Source: Candidatus Staskawiczbacteria bacterium RIFCSPHIGHO2_02_FULL_43_16 (lineage in GTDB: Bacteria > Patescibacteriota > Minisyncoccia > Minisyncoccales > Staskawiczbacteraceae). From it: 60,714 nucleotides of DNA. Below the pieces are notes generated by a model, which did not search any database, was not told the DNA's origin, and saw only the letters and a program-made list of their open reading frames with translations. Shown piece after piece: positions 53,037-60,714 of this stretch. Position numbers and translations under genes: made by a program. The stretch is from positions 54,070 through 114,783 of the forward strand of contig MHOU01000012.1 in NCBI GenBank assembly GCA_001821935.1, given 5' to 3'. Each line of letters starts with the position of its first letter. The stretch's first letter is position 1.

Positions 53037-53924
53037 ATGCAAGAGATTAAAACCGTAAAAATTTCTGACAAAAATTATCCTGAAAGCATAAAAACACTTT
53101 CCGATGCGCCGGAAGTTTTATATTATCGCGGAGTTTTGCCTACGCCAGAAGAAATATGCGTGGCGGTGGTGGGCACGCGCCGGCCAAGCGACTACGGCCA
53201 ACAGGCAACCATTGAAATTGCCGGCGGATTGGCTAGTGCGGGCGTGACGGTTGTTTCGGGTATGGCTCCAGGCATAGACACATTCGCTCACCGCACATGT
53301 GTTGAAAGAGGGAGACGAACCATTGCCGTAATTGGTACCGGGTTGGATGAAAAAACTTTGTACCCACAACAAAATTTAGAATTAGCGCGACAGATTATCA
53401 AACACGGAGGTTGTCTTATATCAGAATATCCACCTAATACTCCCGGTTACGCAGGAAACTTTCCACAGAGAAACCGCCTAGTTGTGGCTTTAAGCGAGGG
53501 CGTAGTGGTAACTGAAGCAAAGAAAAGATCAGGGTCACTTATTACTGCCAACCTCGCAAAATTACAAAAGAAAGTGCTATTTGCCGTGCCTGGACAAATT
53601 TACATGGCAAATGCTAGCGGACCCAATAAACTCATCAAGGAGGGCGCCCAACTAATTGAAAGTGCGCAAGACGTACTAGACGTTTTAGGAATAAATAATG
53701 CTAGACTGGTTTCAGGAACAGTTAATTCCCCGTTAATTCCCCTGGGGGAATTAACTGTCCCTGAAACCTTGATTTTCACCGCCCTCAAAGAGGGCTCGCT
53801 CTATATTGACGCTATCATTGAAAAAACAAAATTGTCAGCACCTGTCGCCGGATCCACCCTTGCGCTTATGGAAATTTCGGGTAAGATACGAAACCTGGGA
53901 GGCAACACATATTCGTTAAATTAG
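53037..53924 (+). CDS. dprA: DNA processing protein DprA (Smf)
   Basis: VAVVGTRRPSDYGQ and GMAPGIDTFAHR, with a C-terminal winged-helix-like tail. The start is at the ATG at 53037. Confidence 0.9.
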   Translation: MQEIKTVKISDKNYPESIKTLSDAPEVLYYRGVLPTPEEICVAVVGTRRPSDYGQQATIEIAGGLASAGVTVVSGMAPGIDTFAHRTCVERGRRTIAVIGTGLDEKTLYPQQNLELARQIIKHGGCLISEYPPNTPGYAGNFPQRNRLVVALSEGVVVTEAKKRSGSLITANLAKLQKKVLFAVPGQIYMANASGPNKLIKEGAQLIESAQDVLDVLGINNARLVSGTVNSPLIPLGELTVPETLIFTALKEGSLYIDAIIEKTKLSAPVAGSTLALMEISGKIRNLGGNTYSLN

Positions 53925-53930
53925 AAAATT

Positions 53931-56012
53931 ATGCAACTCGTTATTGTAGAAAGCCCGACAAAGGCTAAGACAATTCAAAAATTTCTGGGGGTTAAATATA
54001 AAATTAGGTCCTCGTATGGGCATGTGCGGGATTTGCCGAAAAATAAATTGGGCGTGGATGTAGATAAAAATTTTGAACCTTCTTATATTATTCCTGTAAA
54101 AGCGAAAAAGGTAATCGCTGAATTAAAAAAAGACGCCAAGGCGGCTGATGAAGTGATTCTAGCAACCGACGAAGACCGTGAAGGAGAATCCATTTCCTGG
54201 CACTTGGCCGAGGCGTTAAAATTGGAAAACCCAAAACGGATTGTCTTCCATGAAATTACCAAAACCGCTATTGAAGAAGCACTGGCTAATCCGCGTGAAA
54301 TTGACATGGCTCTGGTCAATGCCCAGCAAGCCCGGCGCGTTTTAGACAGAATTGTAGGATACAAACTTTCCCCGTTTTTGTGGAAAAAAATCAATAAGGG
54401 GCTTTCGGCCGGACGAGTACAATCAGTTGCCGTAAGGTTAGTAGTTGAAAAAGAAGAGGAAATTAAAAATTTTGTGGCGGTGGAATATTGGACGGTCGAA
54501 GCTACGCTTCGACCGCAAATCACAAATAACAAATCACAAATCACAAACGAATTTATTGCGCAACTTACAGAGAAAGACGGTGAGGCAATTGATAAGCTGG
54601 AAATAAAAAATAGGGCCCAAGCTGATGAAATTTTACGCGGCTTGGAAAATGCTGAATACAAAATAGAAAAAATCACCAAAAAAGAAACCCACAAAAATCC
54701 CCTGCCGCCGTTTACCACCAGCACGTTGCAGCAGGCCGGGTCAAACAAATTCGGCTATTCGGCCAAAATGACCATGAGCCTGGCCCAGAAATTATATGAA
54801 GAAGGGCACATCACCTACCACCGCACCGACTCGCTGAATTTATCACAAATGTCCCTGCAAATGGCGCGCGATTTTATCACTAAAAGTTTTGGCAAAGAAT
54901 ATTCCAGCGGATTTAAAGCCTATAAGGCCGGCAAGGGCGCCCAAGAAGCCCACGAAGCCATCCGGCCTACGCATGCAGAGCACTCGCCCGAATCTTTGAA
55001 GGGCCAGTTAGAAGGACCGAAATTAAAAATCTATACGCTGATCTGGCAGCGGTTTTTGGCCAGCCAGATGGTGCCAGCAGTTTTTGATTCAACTGCCATT
55101 GAAATCAGTGCCGGCAGTTACGGCTTTGGTGCCAACGGCCAGATGTTAAAATTTGACGGATTTTTGAAGGTTTACCCCATGAAGTTTTCTGAAAATGATT
55201 TGCCGGCGCTGGAAGAAAAAGAAGTGCTAGATTTGGCGCGTATAACCTCCGCCCAGCACTTTACCGAACCGCCCGCGCGCTACAACGAAGCTTCTCTCAT
55301 TAAAGCCCTGGAAAAACATGGCATTGGCCGGCCCTCAACCTACGCGCCGACGCTCTCCACCATTCAAGACCGCAATTATATTATCAAAAATGAGCAAAAG
55401 CGCTTTGCTCCCACGGAAATGGGCACTATTGTCACTGACATGCTGGTCAAAAACTTCCCGCAAATTGTGGATATTGAATTTACCGCCAAAATGGAAAAAG
55501 AACTGGATGAAGTGGCTGAAGGCAAAGACAGCTGGCAAAAAACCATTGGCGATTTTTACGGCCCCTTCGCCAAAAATTTAAAAGAAAAATATGATGAAAT
55601 TCCCAAAGAAGATTTAACCGTCAAAACCGATAAAAAATGCCCCAAGTGCGGTAAGGATATGGTAGACAAAATGGGGCGCTTCGGCCGGTTTTATGCTTGC
55701 ACCGGTTTTCCTGAATGCAAACACACCGAGTCTATTGTAAAAACCACTGTTTCCGGCCCCGCCATAACGTTGGATATTGATTGCCCAAAATGCGCGCAAG
55801 GCCTGCCTGCCGGCAGGCAGGGAAAAATGGCAGCCAAAAAAACCAGGCGCGGCAAAATCTTTTATGCCTGTGACCAATATCCCACCTGCGACATGGCCAC
55901 TTGGGACAAACCTATCAACGAATTTTGCCCGACTTGCAAATCTATTTTAGTGCAAACCATCAAGGGCTTGGTAAAATGCTCCAGCAAAGAGTGTGATTTT
56001 AAGAAAGAGTAG
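53931..56012 (+). CDS. topA: DNA topoisomerase I
   Basis: TOPRIM region LVIVESPTKAKTIQKFLG...ATDEDREGE, catalytic-Tyr region ITYHRTDS, and three C-terminal CxxC...CxxC zinc ribbons. Confidence 0.95.
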   Translation: MQLVIVESPTKAKTIQKFLGVKYKIRSSYGHVRDLPKNKLGVDVDKNFEPSYIIPVKAKKVIAELKKDAKAADEVILATDEDREGESISWHLAEALKLENPKRIVFHEITKTAIEEALANPREIDMALVNAQQARRVLDRIVGYKLSPFLWKKINKGLSAGRVQSVAVRLVVEKEEEIKNFVAVEYWTVEATLRPQITNNKSQITNEFIAQLTEKDGEAIDKLEIKNRAQADEILRGLENAEYKIEKITKKETHKNPLPPFTTSTLQQAGSNKFGYSAKMTMSLAQKLYEEGHITYHRTDSLNLSQMSLQMARDFITKSFGKEYSSGFKAYKAGKGAQEAHEAIRPTHAEHSPESLKGQLEGPKLKIYTLIWQRFLASQMVPAVFDSTAIEISAGSYGFGANGQMLKFDGFLKVYPMKFSENDLPALEEKEVLDLARITSAQHFTEPPARYNEASLIKALEKHGIGRPSTYAPTLSTIQDRNYIIKNEQKRFAPTEMGTIVTDMLVKNFPQIVDIEFTAKMEKELDEVAEGKDSWQKTIGDFYGPFAKNLKEKYDEIPKEDLTVKTDKKCPKCGKDMVDKMGRFGRFYACTGFPECKHTESIVKTTVSGPAITLDIDCPKCAQGLPAGRQGKMAAKKTRRGKIFYACDQYPTCDMATWDKPINEFCPTCKSILVQTIKGLVKCSSKECDFKKE

Positions 56013-56054
56013 TCTTGAAAAATAGGCTAAAATAAGCTAAAATTAAGGAAATTA

Positions 56055-56137
56055 GCCGAGGTGGCGAAACGGCAACCGCACAGCACTCAAAATGCTGCGA
56101 GCTCATGCTCTTGAGGGTTCAACTCCCTCCCTCGGCA
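56055..56137 (+). tRNA. tRNA-Leu (anticodon CAA), type II with long variable arm
   Basis: Acceptor stem gccgagg/cctcggc, anticodon stem-loop cagca-ctCAAaa-tgctg, variable-arm hairpin gagc-tcat-gctc, and T arm gaggg-ttcaact-ccctc. No CCA is encoded. Confidence 0.9.
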
Positions 56138-56142
56138 CTTTT

Positions 56143-56832
56143 ATGCCAAAAGCAAAATTATCAAGCATAAATTTTGATTGGACATCAGATTTGGCCTACG
56201 TAATCGGACTCCTAGCAACCGATGGCTGTCTTTCTAATGATGGCAGGCACATCACCATGCGCTCGTCAGACATCCAACAATTGGAAACCTTTAGAAAATG
56301 CCTAAACATTTCCAATAAAATAGGACAGACCTTCAATGACGGCTGGGCAAAGAAACCGGCATATAGAATACAGTTCGGCAACGTGCAATTTTATAAATGG
56401 CTTTTAGAAATTGGCCTATTTCCAGCAAAAACTTATACCATAGGAGAAATAAAAGTTCCCGATAAATACTTTTTTGATTTTTTACGGGGACATTTGGACG
56501 GAGACGGCTCAATTGTAACCTATACTGATAATTGGAATACTTTCAAGAATCCAAAATATATTTATAAAAGAATTTATATACGTTTTATATCTGCCAGCGA
56601 AAAACATATAGCTTGGTTGGCAGAAAATATTTTCAGATTAAGTAAAATAAAAGGGCATTTACATCAGAACAAGCCAACAAGGGATTTTCAAACTACGAGC
56701 ATATGGGAGATAAAATTTACAAAGAATGATTCTTTAAAATTATATCCCTACCTATATCCATCAAATGACATTGCCTGCTTATTAAGAAAAAGACGAAAAA
56801 TAGAAGATTTCATTAAAACATTAGCCCAATAA
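56143..56832 (+). CDS. Free-standing double-motif LAGLIDADG homing-endonuclease-like protein
   Basis: LAYVIGLLATDGCL and FLRGHLDGDGSI. The ATG at 56143 lies 5 nt after the tRNA. The longer ORF start at 56092 falls inside the tRNA. Confidence 0.8.
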   Translation: MPKAKLSSINFDWTSDLAYVIGLLATDGCLSNDGRHITMRSSDIQQLETFRKCLNISNKIGQTFNDGWAKKPAYRIQFGNVQFYKWLLEIGLFPAKTYTIGEIKVPDKYFFDFLRGHLDGDGSIVTYTDNWNTFKNPKYIYKRIYIRFISASEKHIAWLAENIFRLSKIKGHLHQNKPTRDFQTTSIWEIKFTKNDSLKLYPYLYPSNDIACLLRKRRKIEDFIKTLAQ

Positions 56833-56857
56833 ACGCTTCGGGCTATGTTTGAAGTGT

Positions 56858-57373
56858 TTATTTTATTAAAGAGAGAATAAGTAAAAAGGGGACAAACCCA
56901 ACTACTATGCCCGCTAAAATGTCGCTGGACCAATGAACGCCACAGAACACTCTGGCCAACCCGATGAAGCCGCTAACCGCCAAAAAAACAACTGCCGAGG
57001 GTGCGTTGAATAAAAGCAAGGCAAGGGAAATCCCAAAAAAGAATGATGCGTGGCCCGAAGGAAATGAAGGGTGGTTCGGCTTTTTTATTAAAGAATTTAT
57101 TAGTAAAACTTCCATCGGCCGCTTGCGTTTGTAAAAGAAATAGATTACTTCGTTGATAATAAACCTGGCTGCCAAACCCGCCAACAGGGAAATAAAAAAA
57201 ATCTGCCAATGAGCGGTTATTGCGGCATAGAGTAATAAAATAACAACTAACGCGTATCCAGCATATTCAGCAAAGCACACGGCAAAAAAATCCAGTATTC
57301 TGGATTTTTTTGCATACCCGTTTATCAGATTAAATAAGTATAAATCTACTTTGGCAGCGGGAATTTCTTGCAT
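56858..57373 (-). CDS. PAP2-family phosphatase (undecaprenyl-diphosphatase-like)
   Basis: KRKRP, PSGH and SRVFCGVHWSSD motifs in a multi-TM protein. Confidence 0.8.
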   Translation of the reverse strand: MQEIPAAKVDLYLFNLINGYAKKSRILDFFAVCFAEYAGYALVVILLLYAAITAHWQIFFISLLAGLAARFIINEVIYFFYKRKRPMEVLLINSLIKKPNHPSFPSGHASFFFGISLALLLFNAPSAVVFLAVSGFIGLARVFCGVHWSSDILAGIVVGFVPFLLILSLIK

Positions 57374-58590
57374 AGCTTTTTAACTTCTTGCGCCACTTTT
57401 TTGGCTGAAGCTGGATTACTAATAACTTCATTAATCCAACCGGCAATCAGTTTCATTTCTTTTTCTTTCATACCCCGCGTCGTAATGGCCGGCGTGCCCA
57501 AACGTAACCCCGAAGGCTTAAACGGCCCGGCCGGGTCGTAAGGAATACTATTTTTATTGGTACTCATACCCGCACTTTCTAATAAATTTTGCGCATCAGC
57601 GCCGGTTATGTTTTTATTACGCAAGTCAATCAACAGTAAATGGTTTTCTGTGCCACCGCTGACCAAACTAAAATCATGGCGCTTTAATTCTTCAGCCAAT
57701 GTTTTGGCATTTTTTACAATTTGCTTAGCATATGTTTTGAATGCCGGCGCCGCCGCTTCCTTCAAACAAACGGCAATGGCGGCAATGGCGTTTTCATGCG
57801 GCCCTCCCTGAAGTCCGGGGAATACTGCCTTATCAATTTTTTTAGCTAGATCAGCATCTTTTGCCAAACCTTTTTTGGTCACCATAATCATACCCCCTCG
57901 TGGACCGCGCAACGTTTTATGAGTTGTGGTGGTAACAATATGCACAAACGGAACAGGACTTGGATGCGCGCCTCCCGCGATCAACCCAGCAATATGAGCA
58001 ATGTCAGCTACCAAATAGGCTCCCACAGAATCTGCAATTTGACCAAGCCTTTTCCAGTCAAATATCCTCGGATATGCTGTTGCTCCCACCCAAATTAATT
58101 TAGGCTTATGCTCTGTTGCCATTTTCTGGACATCATCATAATTTATCAAGTGAGTTTTTTCATCCACGCCATATTGCACCGGCTTAAAAAATTTCCCGGT
58201 AGCGCTTACTTTCCATCCGTGCGTTAAATGCCCGCCCATAGGCAATGCCATTCCCATTGTTACATCGCCCGGTTCGCAAACAGCTACATACACCGCCATA
58301 TTGGCCGGACTACCAGAATACGGCTGTACATTTACATGTTCAACCTTAAATAATTTCTTGGCCCGTTCAATGCAAAGATTTTCCACCATATCAATAAACT
58401 GGTTGCCGCCATAATAGCGCTTTCCCGGATAACCTTCAGCATATTTATCCGTTAAAATACTGCCCAAAGCCTCGCGCACCGCTGGCGTGCAATGATTTTC
58501 AGAAGGAATCATCTGTAGCGTAGTTTTCTGCCGCGTAGTTTCCAAATCAATCAATTTAGCAATTTGCGAGTCTTTTTGCTTAAGTTTCAT
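57346..58590 (-). CDS. glyA: Serine hydroxymethyltransferase
   Basis: ...EGYPGKRYYGG... and VTTTTHKTLRGPRGG (PLP-lysine motif). Confidence 0.95.
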   Translation of the reverse strand: MKLKQKDSQIAKLIDLETTRQKTTLQMIPSENHCTPAVREALGSILTDKYAEGYPGKRYYGGNQFIDMVENLCIERAKKLFKVEHVNVQPYSGSPANMAVYVAVCEPGDVTMGMALPMGGHLTHGWKVSATGKFFKPVQYGVDEKTHLINYDDVQKMATEHKPKLIWVGATAYPRIFDWKRLGQIADSVGAYLVADIAHIAGLIAGGAHPSPVPFVHIVTTTTHKTLRGPRGGMIMVTKKGLAKDADLAKKIDKAVFPGLQGGPHENAIAAIAVCLKEAAAPAFKTYAKQIVKNAKTLAEELKRHDFSLVSGGTENHLLLIDLRNKNITGADAQNLLESAGMSTNKNSIPYDPAGPFKPSGLRLGTPAITTRGMKEKEMKLIAGWINEVISNPASAKKVAQEVKKLCKKFPLPK

Positions 58591-58638
58591 GGTATTTTAG
58601 ATTCTAAAACTTTTAACAATTTTTGCTTCATTTTATAA

Positions 58639-59674
58639 CTATTTCCATGGCTTATCAATCCCAAAGCCGGCAATAAGCTCAAGAAGTTCCTGCTTCACTA
58701 AAAATGCATTACAATGCTTGAGTATGCCAAAGTATGATAGTAACGTTGCATCAAGAGACTCTTTTTTAATTAATCCACTGCGAAAATCAATTAACCAGGA
58801 TTTTACCCTTTTAAACATCCTCTTTTTCGTTTTTACCCTTAAAACAGTAAAATAAGGAAAACTGACATAGCCTAAAAAATCTATCCCTTGGTGATACTTA
58901 GAAATCGTCACCTTATTGGGATGAAGTGACATTTTCAAACGGGTTCTCAAAAAAATATTTATCCTTTGGATCAAATCTTCCAAATACTTTTTGTCTTCGG
59001 ACAAAATAACAAAATCATCGCAATAACGGATATAATACTTTACGCGCAACGTATGCTTTATAAAACCATCAAGTTCCGCGAGGTAAATATTGGCAAATAA
59101 TTGGCTCGTAATATTTCCCAAGGGCAAACCTGCCGAAAAACTTTTAGTGATCACTTCTATGAGCCATAAAGATTGCTCATCTTTTACTCGTTTCTTGATA
59201 AGGTTTAATAAAATAGCCTGGTCAACATTGTCGAAAAACTTTTTAATATCACATTTTAAAACAAAACAATTCTTGGTATTGTTGTTACTTTCTTTCTGGA
59301 AAAATTCATGCAAACGGCGCACAGCCCGGTGCGTACCCTTGCCAATCCTACAAGAATATGAGTCATAAATAAACGTCTTATCAAAAATAGGGTACAATTT
59401 CCTAAATAACGCATGATGAACCACCCGGTCACGCACACAAGCTTTGTTTATTTTCCGCAGCTTGGGATCCTTAACATAAAACGTCTCGTAACCGCCATGA
59501 GAGTATGTTTTACTTTGAAGTTCTTTTTGGATAAAGTTTAAATTATTCTTTAAATTCTTTTTGAATGCAATAACATCCGGTTTTTTAGTTTTGTCCAGCT
59601 CAAATTCCGCCCAGGCATTTTTAATATTTTCCCAACTAGTAAGCCCCCCCCCCCATTTGTTTCAAAATTTTCAT
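58639..59674 (-). pseudogene. DGR reverse transcriptase RT2, frame broken by a G11 homopolymer (intact if the run were G10)
   Basis: RT body 58639-59436: CDIKKFFDNVD, LPLGNITSQLFANIYLAELD and YIRYCDDFVIL. The upstream 59437-59643 continues the same frame (LTSWENIKNAW...FYVKDPKLRKINKAC). The ATG at 59674 is in the +1 frame relative to it, across the 11-G run. Confidence 0.8.
59644..59654 (-). repeat. G11 homopolymer at codons 7-11 of RT2
   Basis: There are 11 consecutive C on the plus strand. Confidence 0.9.
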
Positions 59675-59691
59675 GGATTTTTTAATTAACA

Positions 59692-59717
59692 CAAAAGGAG
59701 TTTTTCAACTCCTTTTG
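59692..59717 (-). promoter_or_regulatory. 11-bp hairpin with GAAA loop in the TR2-RT2 spacer
   Basis: caaaaggagtt-tttc-aactccttttg. The loop reads GAAA on the minus strand. Confidence 0.55.
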
Positions 59718-59725
59718 ATGTGGAG

Positions 59726-59840
59726 ACTTCGGGACGGACACGGGCATTCGGATTGGCATAGTTGGGATTGTCGTTGTTGACATGGACCCTGCCCGGATTG
59801 GCGTCGAAGTAAGCGACGTTGCCATTGCGAAAGCGCGAGC
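59726..59840 (-). repeat. DGR-2 template repeat (TR2)
   Basis: 115-nt gap-free alignment to 60391-60505 with 15 mismatches by my count. Fourteen are at minus-strand adenines of the TR. The frame encodes SRFRNGNVAYFDANPGRVHVNNDNPNYANPNARVRPE. Confidence 0.9.
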
Positions 59841-59904
59841 CCATCATATTGCATAGTTACATCCATGTCACCGACCGCACAATAAGCGTACGCTGTCTGG
59901 GTTG

Positions 59905-60173
59905 GGAGTGCGAAACGGAATTGGCATTGTTTTAGAAACCAAAAAATGAGATGATTTTCAGGCGCGGCGAGGAGGCATAGCCTTGTGCTACGCCGACAAA
60001 GCCGCAACGCAGAAATCAGCCATTTTTTGGTTTCCCTCGGGGCGAGCGAATTAAGGCAAGCTTCTTCGTTGCTCATCGAAAACGATGCGCAGAGGCATCG
60101 ATTTCTTCTTCGCGCCTTGAATCTTGCCCTAATTCGCTACCGCTAAAACAATGCCAATTCCGTTTCGCACTCC
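59905..60173 (+). mobile_element. Nested-palindrome (MITE-like) element, copy E2, inserted in the DGR-2 VR-TR spacer
   Basis: A perfect 31-nt inverted repeat (59905-59935 / 60143-60173) encloses hairpins aaaccaaaaaatg...cattttttggttt and agcgaattaaggcaag...cttgccctaattcgct. The paralogous DGR-1 spacer is continuous across this point. Confidence 0.6.
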
Positions 60174-60308
60174 TCACTCTGTCCGTAGCAGAGAAGTTTT
60201 TTGAGTCTTTGATACTCATTATAATTATGCAAGCAGTTTCCTGTGGCAAACCATTTCTTGCTTATTGGGAAAACTATTTACCACGTCAGTATGTTACATA
60301 AAAAAAGA

Positions 60309-60337
60309 GCGCTTTGCAACAGATTGTTGCAAAGCGC
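60309..60337 (-). terminator. Intrinsic terminator of the DGR-2 target gene
   Basis: The minus strand reads gcgctttgcaaca-atc-tgttgcaaagcgc followed by tcttttttt, 17 nt after the stop at 60354. Confidence 0.75.
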
Positions 60338-60353
60338 ATGAACGTTAGCCAAC

Positions 60354-60714
60354 TTACGCCTTCGCTCCGCTCGGCTCCAGTTGGCGGGAAACTGCGGGAC
60401 GGACACGGGCAAACGGATAGGCATAGTCGGGACCGTCGCCGTTGACAAGGACCCCGCCCGGATTGGCGTCGAAGACAGCGACGTAGCCATAGCGAAAGCG
60501 CGAGCGGGTCCGGGTCAACTTCTCGAGGTTCAAGAGCTGTTTCTTGCCGGTGGCAAGATAGACTCCCAAATCAAGAAGCAAGCCGTCGCGCAGGATGGGG
60601 TCGTTGTAGCCTTCCACCCCATCCTGGAATTTCTTCCATCGCTGGTTGGCAGACTCGTTGCTCGGCTCACCGGTCAACGACCGGGTAAAGCCGAGCAGAT
60701 ACGGGCCTTCTTCT
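60354..60714 (-). CDS. DGR-2 target (variable) protein, 5'-truncated by the window edge
   Basis: The open frame runs to the window end. VR2 lies near the C-terminus. GC-rich like the DGR-1 target. Confidence 0.75.
   Translation of the reverse strand, partial: EEGPYLLGFTRSLTGEPSNESANQRWKKFQDGVEGYNDPILRDGLLLDLGVYLATGKKQLLNLEKLTRTRSRFRYGYVAVFDANPGGVLVNGDGPDYAYPFARVRPAVSRQLEPSGAKA
60391..60505 (-). repeat. DGR-2 variable repeat (VR2)
   Basis: Counterpart of TR2. Encodes SRFRYGYVAVFDANPGGVLVNGDGPDYAYPFARVRPA. Confidence 0.9.

Noticed and set aside
59705-60076. 123-aa minus-strand ORF between RT2 and VR2 (could have been taken for an Avd-like accessory gene)
   Set aside because: It overlaps TR2 in a different frame and half of the palindromic element E2. 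It is Cys/Arg/Gln-rich low-complexity sequence and is not helical like Avd. The equivalent space in DGR-1 is too short for any gene.

Overview
A 60.7 kb segment in which almost all genes are on the minus strand. Gene content suggests a small-genome Patescibacteria/CPR-type bacterium, which is an inference. The supporting signs are a short FtsZ, an Mfd lacking its N-terminal domains, ComEC plus DprA, lamin-tail-domain and giant Thr/Ser-rich surface proteins, a free-standing LAGLIDADG gene, and mostly Shine-Dalgarno-less starts.

Layout:
- 171-11230: surface-polysaccharide cluster with two Wzx-like flippases, glycosyltransferases, methyltransferases, sugar-nucleotide enzymes and an O-antigen-ligase-like/TPR protein.
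- 11331-22002: envelope block with a 1150-aa secreted protein carrying a peptidoglycan-binding domain, ECF sigma plus anti-sigma-like genes, an HTH regulator, a triple lamin-tail-domain protein and a 978-aa secreted lipase-like protein.
- 22006-24779: AT-rich islet with a LexA-like repressor fused in one ORF to a C5 DNA methyltransferase, convergent with a small PD-(D/E)xK-like nuclease.
- 25183-27843: clpB.
- 28128-30432: DGR-1, a complete diversity-generating retroelement (target/VR, TR, RT).
- 30691-39906: htrA and a second glycosylation/membrane block.
- 39931-58590: core genes comEC, ftsZ, ftsA, ybeY, GNAT, yqeY, rpsU, hisS, lepB, pth, mfd, dprA, topA, tRNA-Leu(CAA), LAGLIDADG, PAP2 and glyA.
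- 58639 to window end: DGR-2, whose RT is frameshifted.

Most notable observations:
- Both DGR RT genes carry a G10/G11 homopolymer at codons 8-12. This run sets the reading frame: RT1 is in frame and RT2 is out of frame. A GNAT gene has a similar G9 run.
- The LexA-Dcm fusion has an intact autocleavage triad.
- A roughly 270-nt nested-palindrome element occurs twice. One copy interrupts the DGR-2 VR-TR spacer and the other overlaps the last codons of clpB.
- A family of TAGGGT-type hairpin repeats abuts the start codons of clpB, ftsZ and yqeY.
- GC-rich, SD-led single-gene islets are scattered in an otherwise SD-poor, lower-GC backbone.

All functional calls come from by-eye motif recognition. 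No database search was run.
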